In this document: in pieces, positions 33,381 to 33,836 of the stretch | Numbering within the stretch: the stretch's first letter is position 1 | How the letters are laid out: every line of letters starts with the position of its first letter | From: Octopus bimaculoides | Taxonomy: Eukaryota | Length of the DNA stretch: 33,836 nucleotides | Direction: 5' to 3' | Assembly (NCBI RefSeq): GCF_001194135.2 | Contig: NC_069001.1 | Location: 7,473,261-7,507,096, forward strand | The notes under the pieces: model-generated | What the model saw: only the letters and a program-made list of their open reading frames with translations | What the model was told of the DNA's origin: nothing | The model's database searches: none | Made by a program: the position numbers and the translations under genes

Positions 33381-33836
33381 TGAATCAATGGGAAAAGTAG
33401 AAATACAGATAACAAAAGAAAAAGAATACAACAAAAAGTATAAGAGAAGTTCACAGTTAATATGTATTGGGTTGGAGCTGAAAGAAGGGACAAAAGTTCT
33501 AGAGAGAGAGAGGGAAAGTTAGAGAGAGAGAGGGAAAGTTAGAGAGAGAGGGGGGGAGTTAGAGAGAGAGAGAGAGAGAGAGAGAGACGGTGCTTTGTGA
33601 GATAATAGAGGGGAAAATCCAGGAGTCATTGGGAAGAGAAGGAAGAGAAAAAAGGAAATAAAAAAAGGAAGAAAACAAGAAAAAAACACACACATGGGTT
33701 AGGCTCACATGTTTCAACTCTCATTCACTTATTCTATATGTGTGTGTGTGTGTGTATACATACATACATACATGTAATATATTCAAAACAATGAATGCGT
33801 TGAGCGTCCTTTCATTTGCCCGCACACAGAAATATA

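Overview
AT-rich, repeat-saturated animal DNA from a gapped draft assembly: 11 N-gaps (about 5.1 kb, ~15%), nearly all abutting microsatellites. The repeat families resemble, from memory and without a database check, the abundant SINEs and MITEs of Octopus genomes, so this is probably intronic or intergenic octopus sequence. No complete protein-coding gene, rRNA, true tRNA gene or CRISPR array is supported, and almost every ORF in the track is microsatellite or SINE translation. Supported content: (i) about 25 copies of three tRNA-headed SINE families plus LINE-tail elements; (ii) two degraded RTE-type LINE ORF fragments; (iii) DNA elements with diagnostic ends, namely a piggyBac-type MITE with TTAA duplications, a hAT-type MITE with an 8-bp duplication, two mariner ends and a complete ~350-bp non-autonomous Helitron; (iv) several minisatellites, one apparently seeded from SINE sequence; (v) a 246-bp near-perfect hairpin with CpG-decay mismatches; (vi) a low-confidence chain of three phase-compatible minus-strand exons encoding an unrecognised peptide. 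I found no clear previously undescribed system. The hairpin and the exon chain are the best leads.
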